A model generated the notes under the pieces. The model was not told where the DNA came from. It ran no database searches and saw only the letters and a program-made list of their open reading frames with translations. From Deltaproteobacteria bacterium (lineage in GTDB: Bacteria > Desulfobacterota > Dissulfuribacteria > Dissulfuribacterales > QOAL01): DNA of 64,000 nucleotides. This document shows positions 39,922 through 48,350 of the stretch, one piece after another. Positions within the stretch are counted from its first letter, which is position 1. Each line of letters begins with the position of its first letter. Position numbers and translations under genes: made by a program. Where the stretch lies: positions 11,375 through 75,374 of the forward strand of contig WGDC01000052.1 in NCBI GenBank assembly GCA_015493475.1, written 5' to 3'.

Positions 39922-41358
39922 TCACAGTACAAGCCCTATATTCCGGTACTCGGATAGCTTGTTCCTCAGGGTCCTTACGCTGATTCCAAGAAGCTTTGCG
40001 GCATGCGTCCTGTTGCCTTTGGTCTTGGAAAGCGCCCTTTTTATCATCTCCTTTTCAATCTCCCCGAGGTTAAATGTATCCTCCCCCAAGGACTTTTGGC
40101 CCGATGCCGATGCAGAAATTTCCCCCTCTATAAGTTCTTCTCCAAGCAAATCCTGCAGGGTGATTTCCCCCGATTGGGCCAGCAGCACACCTCTTTCCAC
40201 TATATTCTTGAGTTCGCGCACGTTTCCGTTCCACTTTCTCTGCTCTAGCGCATCAAGTACCCCTTTTGCAAATTTGAGCCCATTTTTCTGATATTCCCGT
40301 GAGAATTGTTCCCGAAAATGCTCAGCGAGAAAGGCTATATCCTCTCTTCTCTGCCTGAGAGAGGGCACCTTCAGAGGAATGACATTCAGCCTGAAATAGA
40401 GGTCCTCCCTGAATTTACCCGCACGCACCGCTGCGAGCACATCCCGGTTCGTCGTAGCCACGACCCGCACGTCCACTGGAACCGGTTTGTAACCGCCGAG
40501 CCTGTCTACCTCACCTTCCTGAAGTACTCTCAGAAGCTTGGCCTGTAGGGGCATAGCCATCTCGGTCACCTCATCAAGTAGAATGGTTCCTGTGTCCGCG
40601 AGCTCGAACTTGCCGAGCTTCTTCATGACAGCGCCTGAAAATGCACCCTTCTCATGGCCAAAAAGCTCGCTTTCAAGGAGGGTCTCGGGCAATGCTGCAC
40701 AGTTAAGGGCTACAAATGGACCCCCTGCCCTGTCGCTTTCAGCATGGATAAACCTTGCAAGCAGTTCCTTGCCAGTCCCGCTTTCACCCTGGATCAGAAC
40801 TGTTGCCTTGCTCTTGGCAACGCTTCTTGTCTGTGCAAGCACCTTCTCCATGGCCGGGCTCTTTGTCAGTATTTTGTACTTGTCAAAATCCCGACGCTTC
40901 TTGGCACCTTCCTTCTTGTCCTGTTCAGGCGGTTCAGCCTTACCACTCCTCTTGGTCTTGGAGGCATGAGTTGCCAGGGCCCGCTTTATCACAAAGCCGA
41001 GAATATCACCCGACCAAGGCGGCAGCCTGAAATCCATGGCGCCAAGCTCCATTACGAGTTCAGCGTCCTCAACGGTCGCCTCCCTGGCAAGGACAATCAC
41101 CTTGGGCCTGACCCCTTGATCATGGAGCATTTTCAAAAATTCCACCGCATCAAAGGCCTCTTGATTATGAAACACCACGCAAAACAGAAAATCGTTTTTT
41201 TCAACGAGCCCCAAGGCGATCTCGATATCCGGTGCCATGGTGATCTCAAAACCCATGTCTTCAAGGCTGGCTTGGAGATCCATCCGTTCCTTGATATCAC
41301 CGCCTGCCAACAGGACCCTCTGCCGCCTCTTTTGAAACATATCTTGATATTCCGTCAT
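39922..41358 (-). CDS. Sigma54-dependent transcriptional activator with a degenerate (FleQ/FlrA-like) receiver domain
   Basis: AAA+ GESGTGKE, GAFSGA loop, ILLDEV, C-terminal HTH HAAKLLGISVRTLRNKL. The N-terminal receiver fold lacks the acceptor Asp. Confidence 0.85.
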   Translation of the reverse strand: MTEYQDMFQKRRQRVLLAGGDIKERMDLQASLEDMGFEITMAPDIEIALGLVEKNDFLFCVVFHNQEAFDAVEFLKMLHDQGVRPKVIVLAREATVEDAELVMELGAMDFRLPPWSGDILGFVIKRALATHASKTKRSGKAEPPEQDKKEGAKKRRDFDKYKILTKSPAMEKVLAQTRSVAKSKATVLIQGESGTGKELLARFIHAESDRAGGPFVALNCAALPETLLESELFGHEKGAFSGAVMKKLGKFELADTGTILLDEVTEMAMPLQAKLLRVLQEGEVDRLGGYKPVPVDVRVVATTNRDVLAAVRAGKFREDLYFRLNVIPLKVPSLRQRREDIAFLAEHFREQFSREYQKNGLKFAKGVLDALEQRKWNGNVRELKNIVERGVLLAQSGEITLQDLLGEELIEGEISASASGQKSLGEDTFNLGEIEKEMIKRALSKTKGNRTHAAKLLGISVRTLRNKLSEYRNIGLVL

Positions 41359-43547
41359 GGCGCGCTATCGGCCTTTTCCTGGAATTTGCTGTAAGAGGCC
41401 TCCGCCTTGAAAACCCTTTCCCAGAAGCCCTTTTGCTTCTTTGCCGCCTCGATCCATCTTGTCCTCGCCCTTTCCGGGTCCTTGCCTATAGAAGCTGCGA
41501 GATCGAGCCTGAAAAGGCTGGCAGGGTCCTGACTGTCGAGTTTGAACAGCAGCCTGTAAACCCGTAAGGCCTCATCTGTCTGTCCAAGGTTCAACGCCTC
41601 GTCGCCCCATTTTTTTACCAGTATTATTTTCTTATCCATAGGCATGACACTCCCGTGGCTCTTTATGACCTTCCAGGCACTGTTCCAGTCCGCCAGGTAA
41701 ATTGCACCAAGTACTGCCTGAGTGACGTTTTCCGCGGTTGGACGGATATGGACGCTGTCGAGGGCCATGTTCAGGGCGGCCTTGTAGTCCTTTTGCCATA
41801 GCGCCATCTTGGACTTGTAGAGGAGGGCCATTGCGCCCATGGACTCCTCCGGACAAAAGAAGTTCATCAGGGTTATTGCATCCTGGGCCGCCTTCAGCCT
41901 GTGCCCTCTTATTATCTGGCCCGTCCAGTCAATAAGTATCCTGCATCTCACCGGGCCATCAGAAGCCACGTCCCAGGCACGCTGATAAGCACGGAGGCTC
42001 GCTTCATCAAGGCCCATGGCAGACTCAGCCCTCGCGAGGCAAAGGTAGTGACCTGCCACTTTAAGCCTGTCGATCCTTGCCCTGTTTTTAAAATAAAAAT
42101 TTAAGAGCTCGACTGCCTTCTTTTCCTTTAAAAAGGTTTCATCAGCCTGAAGAAGTGACTTCACTGCCTGTTTTTCAGCCTCCCTTACCGCGTCGCTGTT
42201 TCCCTGGAAAAAGGCGGTGAATCGCCAGTACTGCTTGAGAGCAGCCACGGGCCTTCCCACATAGGAAAGCCTTTTCTGAAGCTCTACCCACTTTCTTTGG
42301 GCAACGGTCCTGATGTAGTCGTAAACTTGGGACCTTCCTCCTGTATGCAAGAAAGGCACTGCGAAGTCCACGATCTTCTCAACCTCTGGAATCTTGTAAC
42401 TCGTGGTCAAAAGCCCGTTTTTTGCCTCGTCCGCCATCAACAGTATGTCTTTTGAATAGGGGCTTTGGGGATCGTTCCTGAGATACCTTTCGGCAAGCAT
42501 CAGGGCACGCAGGTAGTCTTTCTTCCTAAGCTCTGTCGCAACGTATTCCTTCTTCACCTCCCGGGTAAGCGGATGGCGAGGAAAACGCTTCAGTATCTCC
42601 TTGAAAACCTGTTCTGACTCGTAGTAATCAGGCGGTGCAACACGGCCCTTGGTATATCTCGAAAGACGCTCCCTCGCCTGTTCCTTCAACTCGAGCATCC
42701 GGAAACGGGCAAAGAGGTACTCAGGCTGGCCTTTGAAATCACGCCTTATGAGGGCGTAATATTTCCGGGCCTTTAGCACGTCTCCCATGCGTCTGTAGGT
42801 TTCGCCAATTCGGAAAAGCGTACTTGCCCTGAAACCTGGATTCCTTATCAGGTTCAAGTACCGTACCCATAGATCTATGGCCTTTTTGGGCTTCTTGTCG
42901 CGAAGGGCAAGCCTTGCCTTCAGGTCGAGCAGTTCCGGCACATCCACCTCTGCCATGGGAGAGGTGCGGGAAACCCTCTTGGCCACATCTTTCGCCATCT
43001 TCACGTCGCCTGCGGAAAGGGCCTGTCTTGCCATCAGGACCTCAGCGGTCCTTGCTGCGATACTGTCAGGAAACCGACGCATAATCTCCCTGTAAAAACG
43101 TCTCAGCTTTTCCTGGTTCCCCGTCTTTTCATAGTAAAGAATCAGGGAATTGAGTGCCTGGTTGGTCCATTTGCTGTTGGGGAAATAGCGGGTGACAATC
43201 TTCCAGTGGGCCTCTGCCTCTGGCCAGAAAGCGACAGAGGCGTAAGCCTCGCCAAGGATATAGTAGGCCTCGGGAAGCATCTTTGAATCGGGGTACGCCT
43301 TTATATAGTTCTTCAACATGGATATCAAGGGCCATGCGTCCTCCTTTAGCTTCTCAGGGCTTGTCTGGTATTCCTGCCAAAAGACCTCTATGGCCGGAAC
43401 TATGTACTTCCAGGCAATCTTCGCCTCCTGCTCCTGGTCCACCCCATAGGCCTCAGACAGGGGAAAAAAAAGCAGAAAAAGAGACAGGCTGAGTGCCCCA
43501 AGAAGCACTGCAAGACCAGTTTGCTTTATTACCGAAGAAAATTCCAT
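41355..43547 (-). CDS. TPR-repeat protein with signal-peptide-like N-terminus
   Basis: Repeated A..Y..G.AY...W.EA-type TPR units. ATGA overlap with the activator gene. Start placed at ATG 43547 (see finding). Confidence 0.7.
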   Translation of the reverse strand: MEFSSVIKQTGLAVLLGALSLSLFLLFFPLSEAYGVDQEQEAKIAWKYIVPAIEVFWQEYQTSPEKLKEDAWPLISMLKNYIKAYPDSKMLPEAYYILGEAYASVAFWPEAEAHWKIVTRYFPNSKWTNQALNSLILYYEKTGNQEKLRRFYREIMRRFPDSIAARTAEVLMARQALSAGDVKMAKDVAKRVSRTSPMAEVDVPELLDLKARLALRDKKPKKAIDLWVRYLNLIRNPGFRASTLFRIGETYRRMGDVLKARKYYALIRRDFKGQPEYLFARFRMLELKEQARERLSRYTKGRVAPPDYYESEQVFKEILKRFPRHPLTREVKKEYVATELRKKDYLRALMLAERYLRNDPQSPYSKDILLMADEAKNGLLTTSYKIPEVEKIVDFAVPFLHTGGRSQVYDYIRTVAQRKWVELQKRLSYVGRPVAALKQYWRFTAFFQGNSDAVREAEKQAVKSLLQADETFLKEKKAVELLNFYFKNRARIDRLKVAGHYLCLARAESAMGLDEASLRAYQRAWDVASDGPVRCRILIDWTGQIIRGHRLKAAQDAITLMNFFCPEESMGAMALLYKSKMALWQKDYKAALNMALDSVHIRPTAENVTQAVLGAIYLADWNSAWKVIKSHGSVMPMDKKIILVKKWGDEALNLGQTDEALRVYRLLFKLDSQDPASLFRLDLAASIGKDPERARTRWIEAAKKQKGFWERVFKAEASYSKFQEKADSAP

Positions 43548-43562
43548 GACGAAAAATGCAAA

Positions 43563-43578
43563 AGCAAAGGAGATGCCA
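43563..43578 (-). promoter_or_regulatory. Sigma54 (-24/-12) promoter for the TPR-activator-flgBC operon
   Basis: Minus strand reads TGGCAT-CTCCT-TTGCT versus consensus TGGCAC-N5-TTGCW. Confidence 0.55.
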
Positions 43579-43803
43579 CTAGCATCAGGTAGCGGCCTAA
43601 AGGGCAAGACAGCCCCTTTTATGAAGCATTAATAGATGGAACTATTTTTGAGCCGGAAACCATGCACCGGGAAAAGATGTCACGCACCAGGAACGTGGAC
43701 ACTTTTAACTCCGGGAACACATTTACCAAACAACATGGCGGGCCGTAACAGGTCAGGGTTCTACCTGCAACCGCATAGAAAAATTCCTCCCAACCAGGAG
43801 ACC

Positions 43804-46800
43804 TTATCTCGGCACGAAGACGTCAGGGTCAATCTCAGGGAAAATCGGGTTTGTCCTCTCGATATTTCCAAGCCTGCAAAGATTCGTTTCAGAATCCCTG
43901 TGTTCATCCCAAAAAATTGAGGCGAGAATCCAGAACCGCTCAAGGTCTTCAAAAAAGTATTCCTTCATCCTGTCAACAAAATGACCATTTGATATAACAA
44001 ATGGGATATCACTGTTCATGCTCTGAAGGACCTCCCTGCCAGCCTGGGCCACTATCCGCCTCGCAGTGGCGTCATCGTGGGCACGTTCTTTCCAGTGAGC
44101 CGCCATGGCGGCCAGTTCCCGTATCGCCTCGTGGCTGTGCCTGTACATCCAGGACACGGAGCCGTACATCCACTTGTCGAAGGTCCCCTTGTCACCCCAG
44201 GAAGAAGGATTGAGAAATACCTCCTGGTTTCTCGGATAACGGAAGAGGTAACTGCTCGGGGTTATAAGCTCCGTTTCGTTTTGGTTGTAATAGAACTTTT
44301 TCATCAGGAAGTAGAGAAAATCTATACCCTCGAACCAGTGATGCCCAAAAAGCTCAGCGTCGTACATGGCGACCACTACGGGTTTTTTCCAGAACCAGTC
44401 CTTGATGTACCGAAACCTGAAATTTCTCGATTCCATGAAGTGCTGGGCGTGACGCGCCGCCTTTTCCAGGGCCCACTTACGAACATAGGGCTCCTTGTAA
44501 TCGTTACTCCTTGTTGTTATCCGGTTATAACGAAGCGGGCCTCCCTTGAAATGAAAATCAAGGTAATCCGGATCGCCTGGGTACCCCTCCTCTCCGCTCC
44601 AGACCTGTTTACCTGTTTCTGGATCCCGGGCAAAGGCGGCAACATCACTACCCTTTAAAAACACGGGCGCATGGGTCCCAAATACCACAGGACAGTCAGC
44701 AAGGGTTACCGCATGGGTCTCCGTAAAAAAATAGCGCAAACCCGCCTCTTCCACGAACCTCTCTATTCCGGGAACGTAGGCGCATTCAGGCAGCCAGATA
44801 CCCCTTGGAGCCATGCCAAAGGTAGATTCGTAATCCGACACAGCCGTTTCAATCTGTCCACGTACCGCCCCGGGGCACGGCGTGAAAAAGGGCAGGAAGG
44901 CATGGGTCGCGCCGCATGTAGATATCTCCATGTAACCCTGCTCCTGAAATTTACTAAAGGCCCCTGTAAGGTCGCAGTCATACTTAAGAAAGCAGTCCTT
45001 AATCTCGAGGAACCTGTTCAGGTGCATCCAGGCGGTGTCATGGTAATGCAAGGCCTGCCGCCGGGTCCTGTCCACCTCGGCCCTTGCCAGGTTTATGTGC
45101 GCATCTATATACTTGAGGAACTCTTCCTGAAGAAACGCGCAGCGCATCATATTTGAAAGAGTCGGAGAAATATCCATGGAAACACGGAAATCAACCCCTT
45201 CTGCTGCAAGTTTTTCAAAGGTGAGTATCAATGGGATGTACGTATCCTTTACGGCCTCGTGAAACCATTCCGGCGGATAGCCCATGGGCTGCCAGAAACC
45301 GGATTCACCGTAGGAAACCCTTTTCCTGATGTAGGGGAGATGGGCGTGCAAGTGAAAAATCAGAAGGCCTATGGAATTTTCCGCCGTTCCCATTACGGAT
45401 TCTATCTTCCTGTTGGTTGGATGTCCCCCACTCAGTTTTACCTCCCTGAACTGCAAGGGGTTATTACCGGGCACCACACGGGCGGTCTGGATGGAGTTAG
45501 ACACATCCGTCAAAGACAGGACTTCGCCGCCGGCAACCGCTACGAGCTCTGCCCGATAGACCTTGTCCGGCTCCAGGTTAAGGTACCAGTTATCAGCCAG
45601 ATCGAGGTTCACCTCAACGTCTTCGTGAATCTGGTGGTAAAGCCCGCCTGCCCATTCATGGTATAACTTGATATAGGTCCGCACAGACTGGCCCGTCTTT
45701 TCGCCAAGCCTCCGTAACCTCCCTGGCAGGGAATCCCGGTCGATATGCCAGTAGGCAAAGCCGCGCCTTTCATCCACGGGCAAAAGCACTATGTGATCAG
45801 GCCTTGAGGGCACCGGGCAAAAGGTGGAAGAGATGACCTTCTGGTTTAGACCAGTACCGGCATGACGGACAACGATCGCGGCCTCGTATGCAGCCCCGTC
45901 TTTCACGTTGTGAAAAAGCCAGTCCTTAGCGCCGGGCAAGACCTTGCCGCCATGCTTGGGTAGCCTCCTTGCGCCCTTAGTGGTGAGTTCATGGAGCTCT
46001 ATCTCCACCGCAACATCCTGCCAGTCAAGCCCCTTGGGTATTAGAATCTCTTCGTAAACCCGCCGCCAGTCCCTTTCGGAAATCTCCCACCATGCCCGCA
46101 ACTGCACAGTATCCTCTTCCCACACCTCCCTTTTCAACTCAAAATATCTTGTACCCGCTGGCACACGTACTGTCCCGGAAAAGAGCTCTCCAACCACGTC
46201 GGGTTCCTGGAAATCAAGGCTGAATACGATTTTAAGCACTGTGGGCTCTTCAAGGTCTGCATGAAGCACGCCCGCTTCATCCTTCACGTCCTTTCTCACA
46301 ACCGTAAGGTTTATCTTCCTAAGCTCGCCCATTATTACCGCATAGTCACCTGTACCTGTCCATATCCATTCCTCTATCGGCAGATCCCCACCACCAAAGG
46401 GCCGCCTTATACAATGAACGAATAGGTCCACCTCGTTTTCCCAGTCCAACCTGAATGAACGTTCCACCTCGTTTTTCACTCTCTCCCAGTCTACGTCAGA
46501 CCAGGTTATATGATGCCGCTGGGGATTTTCTGAAACGAAGCTCACCTTGGGCGTGTAATGAAAATCCGTGGACATATACAGCTTGCAGTGTTCCTTTAAC
46601 ACAAGCCTTATTTCAAAATCACCGCTCTCTCCAATATAGAATTCAGTAGAATGGAGATTGGTGCATTTTTTTTCAAGAAGGGGCTGGTCTTCGCCCGGTC
46701 TGAAGACCTGCACCCACAAATCCTCCATGGCCGTATTGACCCTGTCATTCACCTCTCCATCCCACCTGAGATACACGAGGTTCCGAGTAACCTCTATAAA

Positions 46801-46863
46801 GACATGGTCAAAGTGGTAACTATTGCAACGGACCGTGGGCTCAAAAGGTAAAACTGATGACAT
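43804..46863 (-). CDS. GH57 family alpha-glucan branching-enzyme homologue with ~500-aa N-terminal extension
   Basis: LIFHLHAHLPYIR, GIWLPECAY and YDAELFGHHWFEG in the C-terminal half (43804-45375). The N-terminal half holds repeated DUF4912-like modules. Confidence 0.85.
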   Translation of the reverse strand: MSSVLPFEPTVRCNSYHFDHVFIEVTRNLVYLRWDGEVNDRVNTAMEDLWVQVFRPGEDQPLLEKKCTNLHSTEFYIGESGDFEIRLVLKEHCKLYMSTDFHYTPKVSFVSENPQRHHITWSDVDWERVKNEVERSFRLDWENEVDLFVHCIRRPFGGGDLPIEEWIWTGTGDYAVIMGELRKINLTVVRKDVKDEAGVLHADLEEPTVLKIVFSLDFQEPDVVGELFSGTVRVPAGTRYFELKREVWEEDTVQLRAWWEISERDWRRVYEEILIPKGLDWQDVAVEIELHELTTKGARRLPKHGGKVLPGAKDWLFHNVKDGAAYEAAIVVRHAGTGLNQKVISSTFCPVPSRPDHIVLLPVDERRGFAYWHIDRDSLPGRLRRLGEKTGQSVRTYIKLYHEWAGGLYHQIHEDVEVNLDLADNWYLNLEPDKVYRAELVAVAGGEVLSLTDVSNSIQTARVVPGNNPLQFREVKLSGGHPTNRKIESVMGTAENSIGLLIFHLHAHLPYIRKRVSYGESGFWQPMGYPPEWFHEAVKDTYIPLILTFEKLAAEGVDFRVSMDISPTLSNMMRCAFLQEEFLKYIDAHINLARAEVDRTRRQALHYHDTAWMHLNRFLEIKDCFLKYDCDLTGAFSKFQEQGYMEISTCGATHAFLPFFTPCPGAVRGQIETAVSDYESTFGMAPRGIWLPECAYVPGIERFVEEAGLRYFFTETHAVTLADCPVVFGTHAPVFLKGSDVAAFARDPETGKQVWSGEEGYPGDPDYLDFHFKGGPLRYNRITTRSNDYKEPYVRKWALEKAARHAQHFMESRNFRFRYIKDWFWKKPVVVAMYDAELFGHHWFEGIDFLYFLMKKFYYNQNETELITPSSYLFRYPRNQEVFLNPSSWGDKGTFDKWMYGSVSWMYRHSHEAIRELAAMAAHWKERAHDDATARRIVAQAGREVLQSMNSDIPFVISNGHFVDRMKEYFFEDLERFWILASIFWDEHRDSETNLCRLGNIERTNPIFPEIDPDVFVPR

Positions 46864-46986
46864 GGCTGTGCTGTTTCCTCAAATAATGAAATTTGTAACG
46901 GGTTTGAATCGAAATCAGTATGCTGTTGAATCTGTCCGAGGTCAATACAAATCTGCCTGTTTAAATAAGCGCAGGCGGGTTTTACA

Positions 46987-47715
46987 TTACAGGCTCACTA
47001 TTTCCTTAAACAGGGAAAAGGGTGTAAGCTCTGGCAGTTCATCAGAAAACTCCATCCTGCACCCCCTTGTGGGATGGTCAATTTCAAGCCGCCAGGAATG
47101 AAGGGCAAGCCCTTTCCCTCCAAGTATTCCTTGGTCTGCTCCATATTTTACATCCCCGATGATGGGGCAACACAGAACCCTTGACAGGTGAACCCGCAAC
47201 TGGTGTGCACGGCCCGTAATAGGCTGAAGATGCAGGAGAAAAACCCCGTCCCTTTCACCTATGAGCCTCCACATAGTCACGGCCTCCCTGGCCTCCGGAC
47301 TCCCGGACCGGACCACATACACCACGTTCCTTTTCCTGTTCTTCTTCAGGAACGTCTTAACTGTGCCCGAAACTCCACGGGGCCTATCGCCAACGCACGC
47401 CAAGTAGTGTTTCTTTACAGACATCATACGTATCTGGCGCGAAAGGCGCGATGCGGCCTTTGAAGTCCTTGCAAAACAGACGAGTCCGGAAACCGGTCTG
47501 TCTATCCTGTGGATGACCGCAAGAAAGACGTTGCCGGGCTTGTTCCGCGTGTTTTTAATGTATGCCTTTCCATAATCAAGAAGTGAAAAGTCCGATGACG
47601 AATCCGGGACCGATGGCATTCCCGGCGGCTTGGACAGGACCAACAAGTGGTTGTCCTCGTATATTACCCGGGGCGTGCCCTGGAAAATCCGTACGTGGCT
47701 GTAGTTGGCGTTCAC
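46987..47715 (-). CDS. RluA-family pseudouridine synthase (GTG start)
   Basis: LLVLSKPPGMPSVP...HRIDRPVSGL...HQLRVHL motifs. Confidence 0.85.
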   Translation of the reverse strand: MNANYSHVRIFQGTPRVIYEDNHLLVLSKPPGMPSVPDSSSDFSLLDYGKAYIKNTRNKPGNVFLAVIHRIDRPVSGLVCFARTSKAASRLSRQIRMMSVKKHYLACVGDRPRGVSGTVKTFLKKNRKRNVVYVVRSGSPEAREAVTMWRLIGERDGVFLLHLQPITGRAHQLRVHLSRVLCCPIIGDVKYGADQGILGGKGLALHSWRLEIDHPTRGCRMEFSDELPELTPFSLFKEIVSL

Positions 47716-48043
47716 AATAAAATGTACTAATATCCCGTCACTCAGAAGGCAATACTTGAGTGGCTTTTTTATAGTTAATAGATTGTTGCAAAGATGGGAT
47801 CAGATTCATATTAGCCGTTGCAACCGGATGGTTTTCTGCGGTTTCTTTCCCTTTGTCCCCCCTCGTCAATCCGGAAGCCAGTTTTCCCGGGCATGGCTCT
47901 CCAACAGGCTTCCCGATGTATTCGCCAATAACAAAATCTATGATACACCAAACTGGCAAAGGCCAGACCGAACAGATTCCGGCCATAGGCGGCGTCATCC
48001 GCCGTCCAAATGGCCTTGCAAAATCCGTGTGCATATAAGTATT

Positions 48044-48073
48044 TTGCATGTTATTAAAAAGGGGTGCTACAAT
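48044..48073 (+). promoter_or_regulatory. Candidate sigma70 promoter
   Basis: TTGCAT-N18-TACAAT. The spacer is one nt longer than optimal. Confidence 0.35.
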
Positions 48074-48225
48074 AAACATGCAGGTATTAACCCTCGTAAT
48101 TTACAGCCTTAGACGGTCATGGTGACAGGGGCTGTTTTTATAGAATTTTTGGCGATGTTGCACAACAGGACCTAACGACCTTTGGATGATCTCCCTTGAG
48201 ACCACGGCGGGAATGTGATAACACG

Positions 48226-48265
48226 GAACGCACCCGCAAGGGTGGATAGGTTCGTCTTTTTTATT
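48226..48265 (+). terminator. Intrinsic terminator/attenuator 85 nt upstream of the 48351 gene
   Basis: GAAC-g-CACCC-GCAA-GGGTG-gatag-GTTC hairpin (GNRA loop) followed by TCTTTTTTATTT. Confidence 0.55.
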
Positions 48266-48350
48266 TGGTGGCGGGAAAGTCAGGCAATTGGGCTGGGCTT
48301 TCGCGCCGGACCACAAGACAGGGCAAAATCAAGAAAGGTAAGATCGTATA

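Noticed and set aside
47738-48079. 113-aa ORF on the minus strand in the large intergenic gap, a possible small gene upstream of the rluA-family gene.
   Set aside because: It is rich in Trp, Cys, Pro and Met, with no Shine-Dalgarno sequence and no recognisable motif. It overlaps the candidate plus-strand promoter. I kept the region as unexplained non-coding DNA instead.
48151-48194. Fluoride (crcB-motif) riboswitch-like strings in the leader: GGCGATG...CTAACGACC...GGATGATCTCC versus consensus GGCGAUGG...AUAACCGCC...CUGAUGAUGCCUAC.
   Set aside because: There is no CGCC partner to close P1 after GGCGATG, no P2 hairpin in the right place, and the pseudoknot complement is absent. The downstream genes are also not crcB or eriC.
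48270-48285. GGCGGGAAAGTCAGGC resembles the RNase P RNA P4 strand GAGGAAAGUCCGGGC.
   Set aside because: The other universal RNase P elements (GGGUGAAA..., ACAGAACCCGGCUUA) are absent on either strand. The element would also run into the 48351 coding region.
48289-48305. Weak sigma54-like GG-N10-GC (tGGGCTGGGCTTTCGCG) ~45 nt upstream of ATG 48351.
   Set aside because: Only the GG/GC dinucleotides and their spacing fit. The conserved T before GG and the TTGC of the -12 box are missing. Such matches are frequent by chance.
48318-48327. ACAGGGCAAA resembles the 5' part of the c-di-GMP-I (GEMM) riboswitch.
   Set aside because: The obligatory GACGCAAAGCC tetraloop-receptor half is missing. The string lies after the terminator, only ~25 nt from the start codon.
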